Below are positions 1 through 7,881 of a stretch of DNA of 64,000 nt, one piece after another. Source of the DNA: Microthrixaceae bacterium (GTDB lineage: Bacteria > Actinomycetota > Acidimicrobiia > Acidimicrobiales > Microtrichaceae); contig JAMLGK010000012.1 in assembly GCA_023957995.1 (NCBI GenBank), positions 16,058 through 80,057 of the forward strand, in the 5' to 3' direction. The notes beneath the pieces were generated by a model. The model ran no database searches. It was not told where the DNA came from and was given only the letters and a program-made list of their open reading frames with translations. The first letter of the stretch is position 1. Each line of letters opens with the position of its first letter. A program made the translations under genes and the position numbers.

Positions 1-87
1 CTGGACCTTGGGGTCGGCCTTCTCGTTGAACACAGAGGAGACCTTCGCCCCCATGTACTTCCACCACTTCTTCAACGACTTGAACAT
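1..87 (-). CDS. PspA/IM30 family protein, first 29 codons only (gene runs off the left edge)
   Basis: My translation of the reverse strand from the ATG (rc of 85-87) gives MFKSLKKWWKYMGAKVSSVFNEKADPKVQ. The W-K-Y...ADPKVQ opening is typical of PspA/IM30 N-termini. AGGAG (rc of 95-99) lies 7 nt upstream. It is not in the ORF track because no stop lies inside the window. Confidence 0.55.
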   Translation of the reverse strand, partial: MFKSLKKWWKYMGAKVSSVFNEKADPKVQ

Positions 88-118
88 GCATTTACTCCTG
101 ATAGGAACCGTGGTGACA

Positions 119-1780
119 CTAGCGCCGGACGCGACCCGCCCTCCGGCGGAGACCTTCGCGGAAGGTGTCGATCGTCTCTTCGAAACCGTGCGGTCGCAAG
201 GCCCATGTGGCACCGAGGAAGACCGGCACGGCCACCGCCAGCGACAGCAGGATGCGCGCCAGCGGACCCAGCGAGGTGCTGGTGTTGATCCAGTAGGTGA
301 CCGCCCCGGTGGACAGTAGGACCAGAACGGCCACGAGGAGCCCTCGTCCGAAGATCGCGAGGCCGCGCAGGGTGAGGGTGTTGCGCACGTGCCGGTTCAA
401 CATCACCACGGCGACGACCGCGGCGACGACGTAGGCCACCGAGTACGCGATCGAGAGGCCCGGCGCATCGAACAGCGCAACGAACGGCACGACCAACGCC
501 ACGTTGAGGGTGTTCTCGAACAGGTTCATGAAGAACGGCGTTCTGGTGTTCCGTCTGGCGTGGAAGGCCCGCACGCAGAACAGGAAGATGGCGAAGAACG
601 GCAGCCCGATGCTGAAACCCAGAAGCATCCGGGCGGTGGCCGCGGTGTCCTCCGCGGTGAAGTTGCCCCGCTGCAGGAGCAGTTCCACCAGTGGTTCGCC
701 CAGGAACAGGTAGGCGCCGGCGGCCGGTAGCAGGAAGGTGAGCAGCACCGCGAGGCCCTCGCGGAATCGCTCGCGGAACACGATCGAGTCATGTGCCCGG
801 GCCGCCTCGGAGAGGTCCGGCAGGATGGCGGTCATGATCGACACCGCGATCAGGCCGTAGGGGAGCTGGAAGAAGATGAAGGCGTACTGGTAGGCCGACA
901 CGGCGCCCTCACCGGCGCCCCGGGCGAGGGTGAGCACGATCAGGAGCGCCACCTGGTTGGCCGCGGCGAAACCGACGGTCCAACCCGACAGACGCACGAC
1001 CTTGCGCACCGCTGGATGCCTTGGTTGGAAGCTCCACTTGAGCTGGATTCCTGCCCGCCTCATCGACGGGATCAGTGCCGCAGCCATCGAGGCAACACCG
1101 GCCGTGGTGCCCAGGCCCAGCAGGTAGACCGTGAGGGTCGAATCGTCAGCGGTGGTTCCGCTGGAGACCAACCACCACACGCCCAGGCCCGCTGCGGTGG
1201 TGACCAGGTTGGTGAGCACCGGGGCGAAGGCGGGGGCGGCGAAACGCCTGCGTGCGTGCAGCAGTGCGGTGACCAGGGTGGTCACCCCGTAGAAGAGGAT
1301 CTGGGGCAACAGCAGTGCCAGCAGGTCGTCGCCCAGTTCGAGTTGTTGTTGCTTCGCAGCACCTTCCAACGGGAGCGCGAAGATCTGGTTGATCAGTGGT
1401 GAGGCCAGCACGGCCAGCACCGTCAGGGCCGTGATGGCTACGAACCCGACCGTGACGATCACCGAGGCCGCATCGGGGGCAGCCTTGCCGTCGACGCTTC
1501 CGGAGCGCTTGGGGCCCCCTCGGTCGGTGTGGATGAACATCGGCACCAGGGTCGAGGAGAAGACTCCTCCGAGCACCAGTTCGTAGAGGATGTTCGGGGT
1601 GGTGTTGGCGAGGTTGTACGTGTCGGCCACCCCGGTGAGTCCGAGCGCAGCGGTCAGCGCGCTGACGCGCACCAGCCCTGAAGCGCGCGACAGCGCCGTG
1701 CCCACCGCTGGTGCGGCGCTCGCTCCGAGCAGGCTCCGGCGGGGTTGGTCTGTCACGCCCTCGCTGACGACCTCGCTCAA
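119..1780 (-). CDS. murJ: Lipid II flippase MurJ/MviN
   Basis: 553-aa polytopic membrane ORF. The N-terminal region SRASGLVRVSALTAALG...ADTYNLANTTPNILYELVLGGVFSSTLVP resembles the MurJ/MviN signature. The TTG start overlaps the stop of the upstream ORF (TTGA at 1777-1780); an alternative GTG start is at 1756. Confidence 0.85.
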   Translation of the reverse strand: MSEVVSEGVTDQPRRSLLGASAAPAVGTALSRASGLVRVSALTAALGLTGVADTYNLANTTPNILYELVLGGVFSSTLVPMFIHTDRGGPKRSGSVDGKAAPDAASVIVTVGFVAITALTVLAVLASPLINQIFALPLEGAAKQQQLELGDDLLALLLPQILFYGVTTLVTALLHARRRFAAPAFAPVLTNLVTTAAGLGVWWLVSSGTTADDSTLTVYLLGLGTTAGVASMAAALIPSMRRAGIQLKWSFQPRHPAVRKVVRLSGWTVGFAAANQVALLIVLTLARGAGEGAVSAYQYAFIFFQLPYGLIAVSIMTAILPDLSEAARAHDSIVFRERFREGLAVLLTFLLPAAGAYLFLGEPLVELLLQRGNFTAEDTAATARMLLGFSIGLPFFAIFLFCVRAFHARRNTRTPFFMNLFENTLNVALVVPFVALFDAPGLSIAYSVAYVVAAVVAVVMLNRHVRNTLTLRGLAIFGRGLLVAVLVLLSTGAVTYWINTSTSLGPLARILLSLAVAVPVFLGATWALRPHGFEETIDTFREGLRRRAGRVRR

Positions 1781-2547
1781 GCCGGCCCACCCAACTTTTG
1801 GTCACCGGATGTCGGGGCACCTGGGCTGTGGGTCTCCTCGATCGCCTGGCGCAGTGCCTCGAGATCACCCACGATCTTCGTGACGTCGGTGTCGAGGGCA
1901 CGTACCGAGTCGTCGTCTGCCTGTGAGACCGAGAGTTCGACCGCCCTCGCAACGGCCTCGTCGGTGCGTGCATCGAGCAGAACGAGTCGGTCGTAGGTGT
2001 CCGAGATCGTGGCGTCGAGGCGTGCCGCGGATGCGAGCTGGGCCTCCATGGCGGTGATCGTGGCGTCCCGACTGGCCGATGCCGGGCGCGACCGGGCGTA
2101 GCCGAGGTCGCTCTCGATGCGGGTCGTATCGATCTGTTTGCGTCCCTTGGTGAGCACGTGGCCCGCCTGGGCGATCCGCCAGGCTTCCTGCACTGCGGTG
2201 TCCAGCCGTGCTGCCACGCCGTCCAGTCGATCCTTCAGGGGTCCCTCGGCCACGGTCCGGGTCGCGGCATCGAAGTTCCTGCGGGCGTTCTGCACCTGTT
2301 CCACAGCGCCCTTCCACGGCTGGTCGAGGCTCCGTGGCGAGATCGCCGTGCTGGAGGAGGTCCTCGACGCAGGAACGGCCGCGAGCACCCGGATCGCGTA
2401 TCCCACGACGGCGAACGCCACTGCGCCCAGCACCCCGAGTCCGAACAGAATGCCGACCGCGGCGCCTGCGCCCGCTGCAACTATCGCAGAGGGCGAGGTG
2501 ACAGCGCGCGCCACCCGGGGGGTGAAGAAGCGGTCCCTGAAGCTCAT
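1777..2547 (-). CDS. Hypothetical membrane protein: two N-terminal TM helices plus a long helical/coiled-coil domain
   Basis: 256-aa ORF with an ATG start. Hydrophobic stretch AIVAAGAGAAVGILFGLGVLGAVAFAVVGYAIRVLAAV, then an Ala/Arg/Asp/Glu-rich helical region. A 4-bp overlap with murJ implies co-translation. The architecture recalls XpaC/TelA-like proteins, which is inference only. Confidence 0.6.
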   Translation of the reverse strand: MSFRDRFFTPRVARAVTSPSAIVAAGAGAAVGILFGLGVLGAVAFAVVGYAIRVLAAVPASRTSSSTAISPRSLDQPWKGAVEQVQNARRNFDAATRTVAEGPLKDRLDGVAARLDTAVQEAWRIAQAGHVLTKGRKQIDTTRIESDLGYARSRPASASRDATITAMEAQLASAARLDATISDTYDRLVLLDARTDEAVARAVELSVSQADDDSVRALDTDVTKIVGDLEALRQAIEETHSPGAPTSGDQKLGGPA

Positions 2548-2583
2548 CTTCCACCAGTGGTCGGCGGCTGGGGCACGGCCATG

Positions 2584-4482
2584 TCAGAAGTTGCTGACCA
2601 CTGCGGTGAACACGGCGCCGATGGTGGTGGCGTCCGAAGCCGCATAGGCGGTGGCGTTGGACGCCTCGGATATCTGTTCCAGGGCGCTCACATCGGCGTC
2701 GGCTCCGTAGGCGATCGTGAAGATCCGAACCGGGGTGGCGTTCTCGCCGTTGGACGAACTGGTGATCTGCTCGATCAGCGCGTCGAACTGTGAGTTGTCG
2801 TTGCCCGGTTGGCCGTCATCGTTGACCCCGTCGGTCAGCACCACCACGGCGTTGATCAGACCGGGGTCGTACTCGTCGACCATCTGGGTGTGGCTGTCTC
2901 CCACGACCTGGTACAGCGGCGTGCCGTTGAGCGGGATGAGCGAACTCACCTCGTTGCGCAGCCGTTCGCGGTTCTCGCCGATCGGGGCTATCGGAGCCAG
3001 GTCCTGGTAGGTCCCATCCGCGCTGCTGCCCGCGCCGAGGTCGTTGGTGAAGATCCTCAGGCCCACCAGGTCTTCGGCCTTGAACTCCTCGAGACCGTTC
3101 TGAACCGCCTCCACCGCCAGGTCGAGCTTGGTGCCCGCTCCCGGGTCGGAGGGGTCGGCGGGTTCTCCCATCGAACCCGATACGTCCAGCACCATCAGCA
3201 CGCGGGCCGACTTGCGCTGGGTCGCCCAGGCATCCAGCAGACCCACCAGCACCGATCCCTCCGGCACGTCCAGCAGGGTCTGGGGCTGGTCGGGGTCAAC
3301 CCCGTTGGCTGCGTCGATCGGAGGACCCAGGGGCACCTCGGGGTTGCCCGGTCGGAACCCGAACTCGAGCACCTTCTCCTGGTTGTCGACCGTCGAGACG
3401 AACTCGGTGAACAACTCGGCCCCGGCGCGCTGGTCCTCTGTGACCCAGTCGGCATCGAGGATGTAGAGCGGATTGTCGGAGTAGAGGGTGCCCTCGGTGG
3501 GATAGATGGCAACCAGTGGGATCCTGGGTGGCCGTTCCTCCTCACCGGGTTCGAGGATGCCGTCGGGGTTTCCGCGGTTGTAGTCGATCACCGACTTCTC
3601 CTCGACGGCGACGGCCGAGGCGTAGGTCAGGGCGGTTCCGCGCTGATCGGCTCTGAACCAATTGTCGAGGAACGTCATGGTGATGTCGCCGTAGTGCACG
3701 ACCGCTGATTCGATGTCGGTGCCGAACTGCTGGACCTCGGGTCGTGCCAGGTCCTCGAGGGTGAGCGCCTCGGTGTCACCGGTGGCCGCGTAGGTCTGGG
3801 CGATCAGTGCCGAGAGTCCCGAGGTGGAGAAGTTCGGGTTGGTCTTGCCCAGGCGGAACGGTCCCCACTCGGGATGACCCTTGGCCGCCCAGCCCTCGGG
3901 CGAGTTCGCGAGAGCGAGGATGTCGGCCCAGCCGATCGGGGTGTCGGGCCACCCGAGCGCCTCGGCCATCGGCTGGGGCATCGCGATCACCAACGGCGTG
4001 AGCATGAAAGGTGTCGGATCCGCTGCCGCCATCGGGGCCTCGCCGGCGTCGGAGAGCCGCTGGTTCAGGACCTGGCCCCAGGCGCTCGATGCGGGCGACC
4101 ACAGCACCGGTGCCGGCCCGCCGTCGGCCTCGTCGTCCCAGCCTTCGGCGAGGGCGGTCGCAGCGCCGCCCGAGGCCTTGGAGCGAACCGCCACCCCGAC
4201 ACAGGTTCCGTCGACCTCGGCACCCGAGTCGTTGAAGTCGTCGGCCAGCTCGGTGAGCAGCTCGATCTTCTCGGAGGACACAGCGGCGTCCACCACGATG
4301 CAATCGGGATCGATCCCGCTGCCGGGCTGGTCGCCGGAGGCGAACGGATCATCGGACCCGCCACTGCAGGCGGCCGCGAGGAGCCCGAGGGCCGACACGA
4401 CGGCCAGCACCCCGATACCCCGCGACCCACCGGAGGTGCGCTCGGGTGAAGAACGCCACGTACGGCGCATCTGTCGCCTCAT
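2584..4482 (-). CDS. Lipoprotein with a solute-binding-protein-like domain fused to a C-terminal von Willebrand factor A (vWA) domain
   Basis: Lipobox LLAAAC-SGG. The C-terminal vWA domain has a complete MIDAS set (LDVSGSMGEP; LNGTPLY; VLTDGVNDD). I chose the ATG at 4482 (MRRQMRR...) because it forms an ATGA overlap with the upstream stop and has GGGAGA 7 nt upstream. The track start at 4497 is also an ATG. Confidence 0.8.
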   Translation of the reverse strand: MRRQMRRTWRSSPERTSGGSRGIGVLAVVSALGLLAAACSGGSDDPFASGDQPGSGIDPDCIVVDAAVSSEKIELLTELADDFNDSGAEVDGTCVGVAVRSKASGGAATALAEGWDDEADGGPAPVLWSPASSAWGQVLNQRLSDAGEAPMAAADPTPFMLTPLVIAMPQPMAEALGWPDTPIGWADILALANSPEGWAAKGHPEWGPFRLGKTNPNFSTSGLSALIAQTYAATGDTEALTLEDLARPEVQQFGTDIESAVVHYGDITMTFLDNWFRADQRGTALTYASAVAVEEKSVIDYNRGNPDGILEPGEEERPPRIPLVAIYPTEGTLYSDNPLYILDADWVTEDQRAGAELFTEFVSTVDNQEKVLEFGFRPGNPEVPLGPPIDAANGVDPDQPQTLLDVPEGSVLVGLLDAWATQRKSARVLMVLDVSGSMGEPADPSDPGAGTKLDLAVEAVQNGLEEFKAEDLVGLRIFTNDLGAGSSADGTYQDLAPIAPIGENRERLRNEVSSLIPLNGTPLYQVVGDSHTQMVDEYDPGLINAVVVLTDGVNDDGQPGNDNSQFDALIEQITSSSNGENATPVRIFTIAYGADADVSALEQISEASNATAYAASDATTIGAVFTAVVSNF

Positions 4483-5552
4483 CGAATGTTCTCCCATTCC
4501 GTGTTCACTGCCGAGACCACACCGGGTGCCGGAAGCCCTGAACTCTCGGGCAGGGCTGTGTCGAAGGATCTCATGTCGGCCCCAATGCTGTCAGCATCGG
4601 ACGGGAGCCGGTATCCGCCATCCCCGTCGGGCACCCGCCAACCCGTCGCGAGCAGAGCGCCGGTCAGGTCTGCATCCTCGAGCACCGACAGCACCGAACC
4701 CAGGGCCTCATCGGAACCGGCGAAGAGGCGGACGTCAGCGGTGGCGACCGGTGACGGAGCCAGCACGGTGAGCGAAGACGCGGCCGCGGCACCGTCGAGC
4801 AGCAACACCGCCTCGGACTCCGTGGCCCCCACCACCGAGAGGCTGCCGGGACGGCGCAGGAACTCCGCCAGGGGAGTGGTGGAGGTGGCGTTGGCGTTGG
4901 ACTCCGAGGCCAGTTGGTCGAACCACGACTCCACCGCCGGATCATCGAGGTCATTGGTGGCGAACTCCGCGGTGCCCACCTCGGAGGCGACCGCCTGGTT
5001 GACCACGACCATCCCCTCTCCGTCGTCGGGCTCCGGCAGCCCCACCTCGACCCGTCCCCAGCTGGGCTCGCCGCCGATCGACTCCCAGGTCTCTCCCGCG
5101 AACCCGCCGATACAACCCCAGTCGGGCGCTGGGCAGCTGTTCTCGAGCGCGCCGAGGCGTTCCGAGCGGGCCACGATCACCGCGGGTGAGCGGGCCAGGA
5201 TCTCGCTCGAGGGGAGCTCTGGTATGTCCGCTCCACCGGCCCGGGCGTACTCGGGCCATTCGCCCGCGGCCAGCCAGGCCCAGGAGCCATCGGGCTCCAG
5301 ATCCCCCTCCGCGATGCGCCCTACGGTCGCCTGTTCGTCCTCGCTGGTCACCTTGATGTTGCGACCCTCGGCTGCCAGCTCGTTGCAGGCGGCGAGGAGT
5401 TCGGGACCACAGATCAACTGGAACCCGTCACCATCGGATGAGGCCGCGCCGCTGTCGGGTTCCGAGGGTCCGTCGCTGTCGATCAGTCCGCGTACCACCA
5501 CCGCCGCGAGCACCAGGGCGGCCGCTGCCAGCAGGGCGAGCAGGCGCTTCAC
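4479..5552 (-). CDS. Secreted/membrane-anchored protein, periplasmic-binding-protein-like (function unknown)
   Basis: 357-aa ORF. The N-terminal signal/anchor is MKRLLALLAAAALVLAAVVV. The GTG start overlaps the AAA gene stop (GTGA at 5549-5552). The mature part is acidic and contains paired Cys residues. Confidence 0.65.
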   Translation of the reverse strand: MKRLLALLAAAALVLAAVVVRGLIDSDGPSEPDSGAASSDGDGFQLICGPELLAACNELAAEGRNIKVTSEDEQATVGRIAEGDLEPDGSWAWLAAGEWPEYARAGGADIPELPSSEILARSPAVIVARSERLGALENSCPAPDWGCIGGFAGETWESIGGEPSWGRVEVGLPEPDDGEGMVVVNQAVASEVGTAEFATNDLDDPAVESWFDQLASESNANATSTTPLAEFLRRPGSLSVVGATESEAVLLLDGAAAASSLTVLAPSPVATADVRLFAGSDEALGSVLSVLEDADLTGALLATGWRVPDGDGGYRLPSDADSIGADMRSFDTALPESSGLPAPGVVSAVNTEWENIR

Positions 5553-6970
5553 GAGTGACCTCGGCGACGGGGCGGTTCGTCGATCACGGAGGGATCAGCG
5601 GGTATGTCGGCCGCCTCGAGCGTGCTCAGCTCTGACTCGCCCGGATCCTCGAGTGCCACGACCCTCGAGGCGTGACGATTGATGGCGGCCTCGAAGATGT
5701 TGCGCGCCAACCTCGCGTTGCCGAACCCCTTGCCCCGGGGCACCGAACCCAGCAGCTTCTCGACCGCTGTGTGTGCGTCGGGCGCGAGGTGGTACTGCTG
5801 CTTCTCGCCCATGAGCGAGATGATCTCCAACAGCTCCGCGGTGTCGTAGTCGGGGAACTCGATGACCGTCGGCAGTCGGGACTGGAGGCCCGGGTTGGCC
5901 GACAGGAAGTCGTCCATCTCGGTGGGGTAGCCCGCCGCCACCAACACCACCCGGTCCCGTCGGTCCTCGATCAACTTCACGATCTGGTCGATGGCCTCTC
6001 GACCGAAGTCGTTCTCGCCGCCGCGGACCAGCGTGTAGGCCTCGTCGATGAACAGCATCCCCTCGTCAGCGGCATCGAACGCCGCGGTCACCTTCGGAGC
6101 GGTCTGGCCCACGTACCCGGCCACCAGACCGGCCCGGTCGACCTCCACCAGGTGGCCGCGGTCGACGACTCCGAGGGTTCTGAAGATCTGTGCGAGCAGC
6201 CTGGCGACGGTGGTCTTGCCGGTGCCCGGATTGCCGGTGAAGACCAGGTGGTGCGAGGTGTCCACCGCGGGCAACCCGCGTTCCTCGCGCAGCTGCTGCA
6301 CCCTGAGGAAGTCGGCCACCAGGTGCACGCGGTCCTTGACCGCCTCCAGGCCCACCAGGTCGTCGAGCTCGGCCAGGAGCTCCTCCATCGAACGCTGCGG
6401 CGGGTCCTGTTCCGGTGGTGGCGCCTCGACCGCCGCGGGTGTCCTGGGCGCGAGGCTGTGCCCGTCGTTCCGTCGCCCGCGCAATCCGGCGAGCAATCTC
6501 GTGCGGAGCTCCGCGATCGCCTTCAGTTCGTCCTGGGTGGTGACCACGTCGAGGGAGGCGATGACGTGGGCCACCTCCATCGTGCGCTCGTAGTAGATCT
6601 CCGCGAGATCGGTGCCCCGCGCCTCGTCGGCGGCGACGAGCACCTTGAACAGTTCCGAGTCCGTCTCGATCCAGGCCCGGCGCCCGGCCACCAGGGACGT
6701 GTCCCGCAGATCGGCGGGAGTGGCCAGGAGCAGCTCGCTCTGGTCGGCCATCCTGGGTCCGAAGGTGTCTATCAGCGCGTTCAGCTCGTCGTCGGTGTGA
6801 CGGCCATCGGAATCGATCATCGCGACGCAGAGGTTGAACGCCTCGTTGGTGACGTCGACCTCGAAGGTGCTGGTGTCCGCTCCGTCCACATCGGAGGCCG
6901 CTTCGACGAGCGCGCCGGTCAGGTCCTCGATGTAGGACGCCACCACGGCGCCGAGCACGTTGGCGGACAC
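5549..6970 (-). CDS. AAA+ ATPase of the CbbX/SpoVK/EccA clade with a TerB-like N-terminal helical domain
   Basis: Walker A GNPGTGKTTVARLLA, Walker B MLFIDEAYTL, and the downstream RVVLVAAGYP...LQSRLP motif typical of CbbX/SpoVK ATPases. The N-terminal ~165 aa carries two D-G/x-x-x-D-E-L style helical repeats (DSDGRHTDDELNALI; VVTTQDELKAIAEL) resembling TerB. GTG start. Confidence 0.85.
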   Translation of the reverse strand: MSANVLGAVVASYIEDLTGALVEAASDVDGADTSTFEVDVTNEAFNLCVAMIDSDGRHTDDELNALIDTFGPRMADQSELLLATPADLRDTSLVAGRRAWIETDSELFKVLVAADEARGTDLAEIYYERTMEVAHVIASLDVVTTQDELKAIAELRTRLLAGLRGRRNDGHSLAPRTPAAVEAPPPEQDPPQRSMEELLAELDDLVGLEAVKDRVHLVADFLRVQQLREERGLPAVDTSHHLVFTGNPGTGKTTVARLLAQIFRTLGVVDRGHLVEVDRAGLVAGYVGQTAPKVTAAFDAADEGMLFIDEAYTLVRGGENDFGREAIDQIVKLIEDRRDRVVLVAAGYPTEMDDFLSANPGLQSRLPTVIEFPDYDTAELLEIISLMGEKQQYHLAPDAHTAVEKLLGSVPRGKGFGNARLARNIFEAAINRHASRVVALEDPGESELSTLEAADIPADPSVIDEPPRRRGHS

Positions 6971-7063
6971 CGCACCGAGGTTACCTGTAGCCCCGGCACG
7001 GCCTGGTACGCCCGGACCCGTCCACGTCCAGGTGAGCCGCTCGTCGGGTTCTATCCTCCATCG
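6971..7063. promoter_or_regulatory. Divergent promoter region; both flanking genes look leaderless
   Basis: Plus strand: TATCCT (7052-7057, fits TANNNT) ends 6 nt before the ATG at 7064. Minus strand: TAACCT (rc of 6978-6983) ends 7 nt before the GTG at 6970. No Shine-Dalgarno precedes either start. Confidence 0.3.
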
Positions 7064-7126
7064 ATGTCAGTGCCCAGTTCGATGTCAGTGCCCAGTTCGA
7101 TGTCCCTCCCCAGTTCGATGTCAGTG
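7064..7126 (+). repeat. 18-bp tandem repeat x3.5 (atgtcagtgcccagttcg), each unit beginning with an in-frame ATG
   Basis: Read directly: units start at 7064, 7082, 7100 (two substitutions) and 7118 (first 9 nt only). They encode MSVPSS-MSVPSS-MSLPSS-MSV. Confidence 0.9.
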
Positions 7127-7789
7127 GCTCCTGCACTCGTGGTGTTCGACTGTGACGGGGTGCTCGTGGACAGCGAGCGCCTGGCCGTTCGGGTCGAGGC
7201 CCGTCTGATCGGCGAACTGGGCTGGCCCATCACCGAGTCCGAGGTGCTCGAGCGATTCGTGGGGCGCACCGACAGCTACATGCACGGTGAGATCGAGCGG
7301 GTCCTCGGCCGAAGCGTTCCGGAGTGGACCGAGCGCTACACCACGGATCTGCACGAAGCGTTCGTCTCCGAACTGACCGCAGTGCCCGGTGTGGCGGCCG
7401 CGCTCGACCCGATCGAGTCGAGCGGCTTTGCGACCTGTGTGGCCTCCAGCGGCACGCACGAGAAGATGCGCCTGACGCTCGGCATCACCGGGTTGTACCG
7501 CCGCTTCGAGGGTCGGATCCACAGCGCCACCGAAGTGGAACACGGAAAGCCGGCTCCGGATCTGTTCCTGCACGCAGCCGCGGCCATGGGTTTCACGCCC
7601 GACCGGTGTGTCGTGGTGGAGGACAGCCGCTCGGGCGTGCAAGCCGCCAGGGCCGCCGGGATGCGATCGTTGGGTTTCGCCGGTGGGCTGACTCCGTCGG
7701 GCTGGCTCGAGGGGCCCGGAACCACGGTGTACGAAGACATGGCGGATCTTCCGGCGCTCGTGGAGTCACTGGTCACCGAGTGGGACTGA
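7064..7789 (+). CDS. HAD-superfamily hydrolase, subfamily IA (phosphatase/beta-phosphoglucomutase-like)
   Basis: Motif I VVFDCDGVLVDS, motif III lysine region EHGKPAPD, motif IV VVVEDSRSG. Track ORF 5672-7789 is a chimera with the antisense of the AAA gene. In-frame ATGs occur at 7064, 7082, 7100 and 7118; the -10 box favours 7064, while family N-termini favour 7118. Confidence 0.8.
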   Translation: MSVPSSMSVPSSMSLPSSMSVAPALVVFDCDGVLVDSERLAVRVEARLIGELGWPITESEVLERFVGRTDSYMHGEIERVLGRSVPEWTERYTTDLHEAFVSELTAVPGVAAALDPIESSGFATCVASSGTHEKMRLTLGITGLYRRFEGRIHSATEVEHGKPAPDLFLHAAAAMGFTPDRCVVVEDSRSGVQAARAAGMRSLGFAGGLTPSGWLEGPGTTVYEDMADLPALVESLVTEWD

Positions 7790-7881
7790 TGCCGCGGCCC
7801 GACCGGCTGTAGCTGCAGTTCGCCGAACAGGAACCACGGCGGGGATCGCCTCCCGCGCTCGGCGGTCGGTACGATTCTGCG

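Noticed and set aside
5672-7789. 705-aa plus-strand ORF
   Set aside because: It is a chimera. The first ~460 codons are the antisense of the AAA+ ATPase gene, and only the last ~240 codons (from 7064/7118) are the HAD hydrolase.
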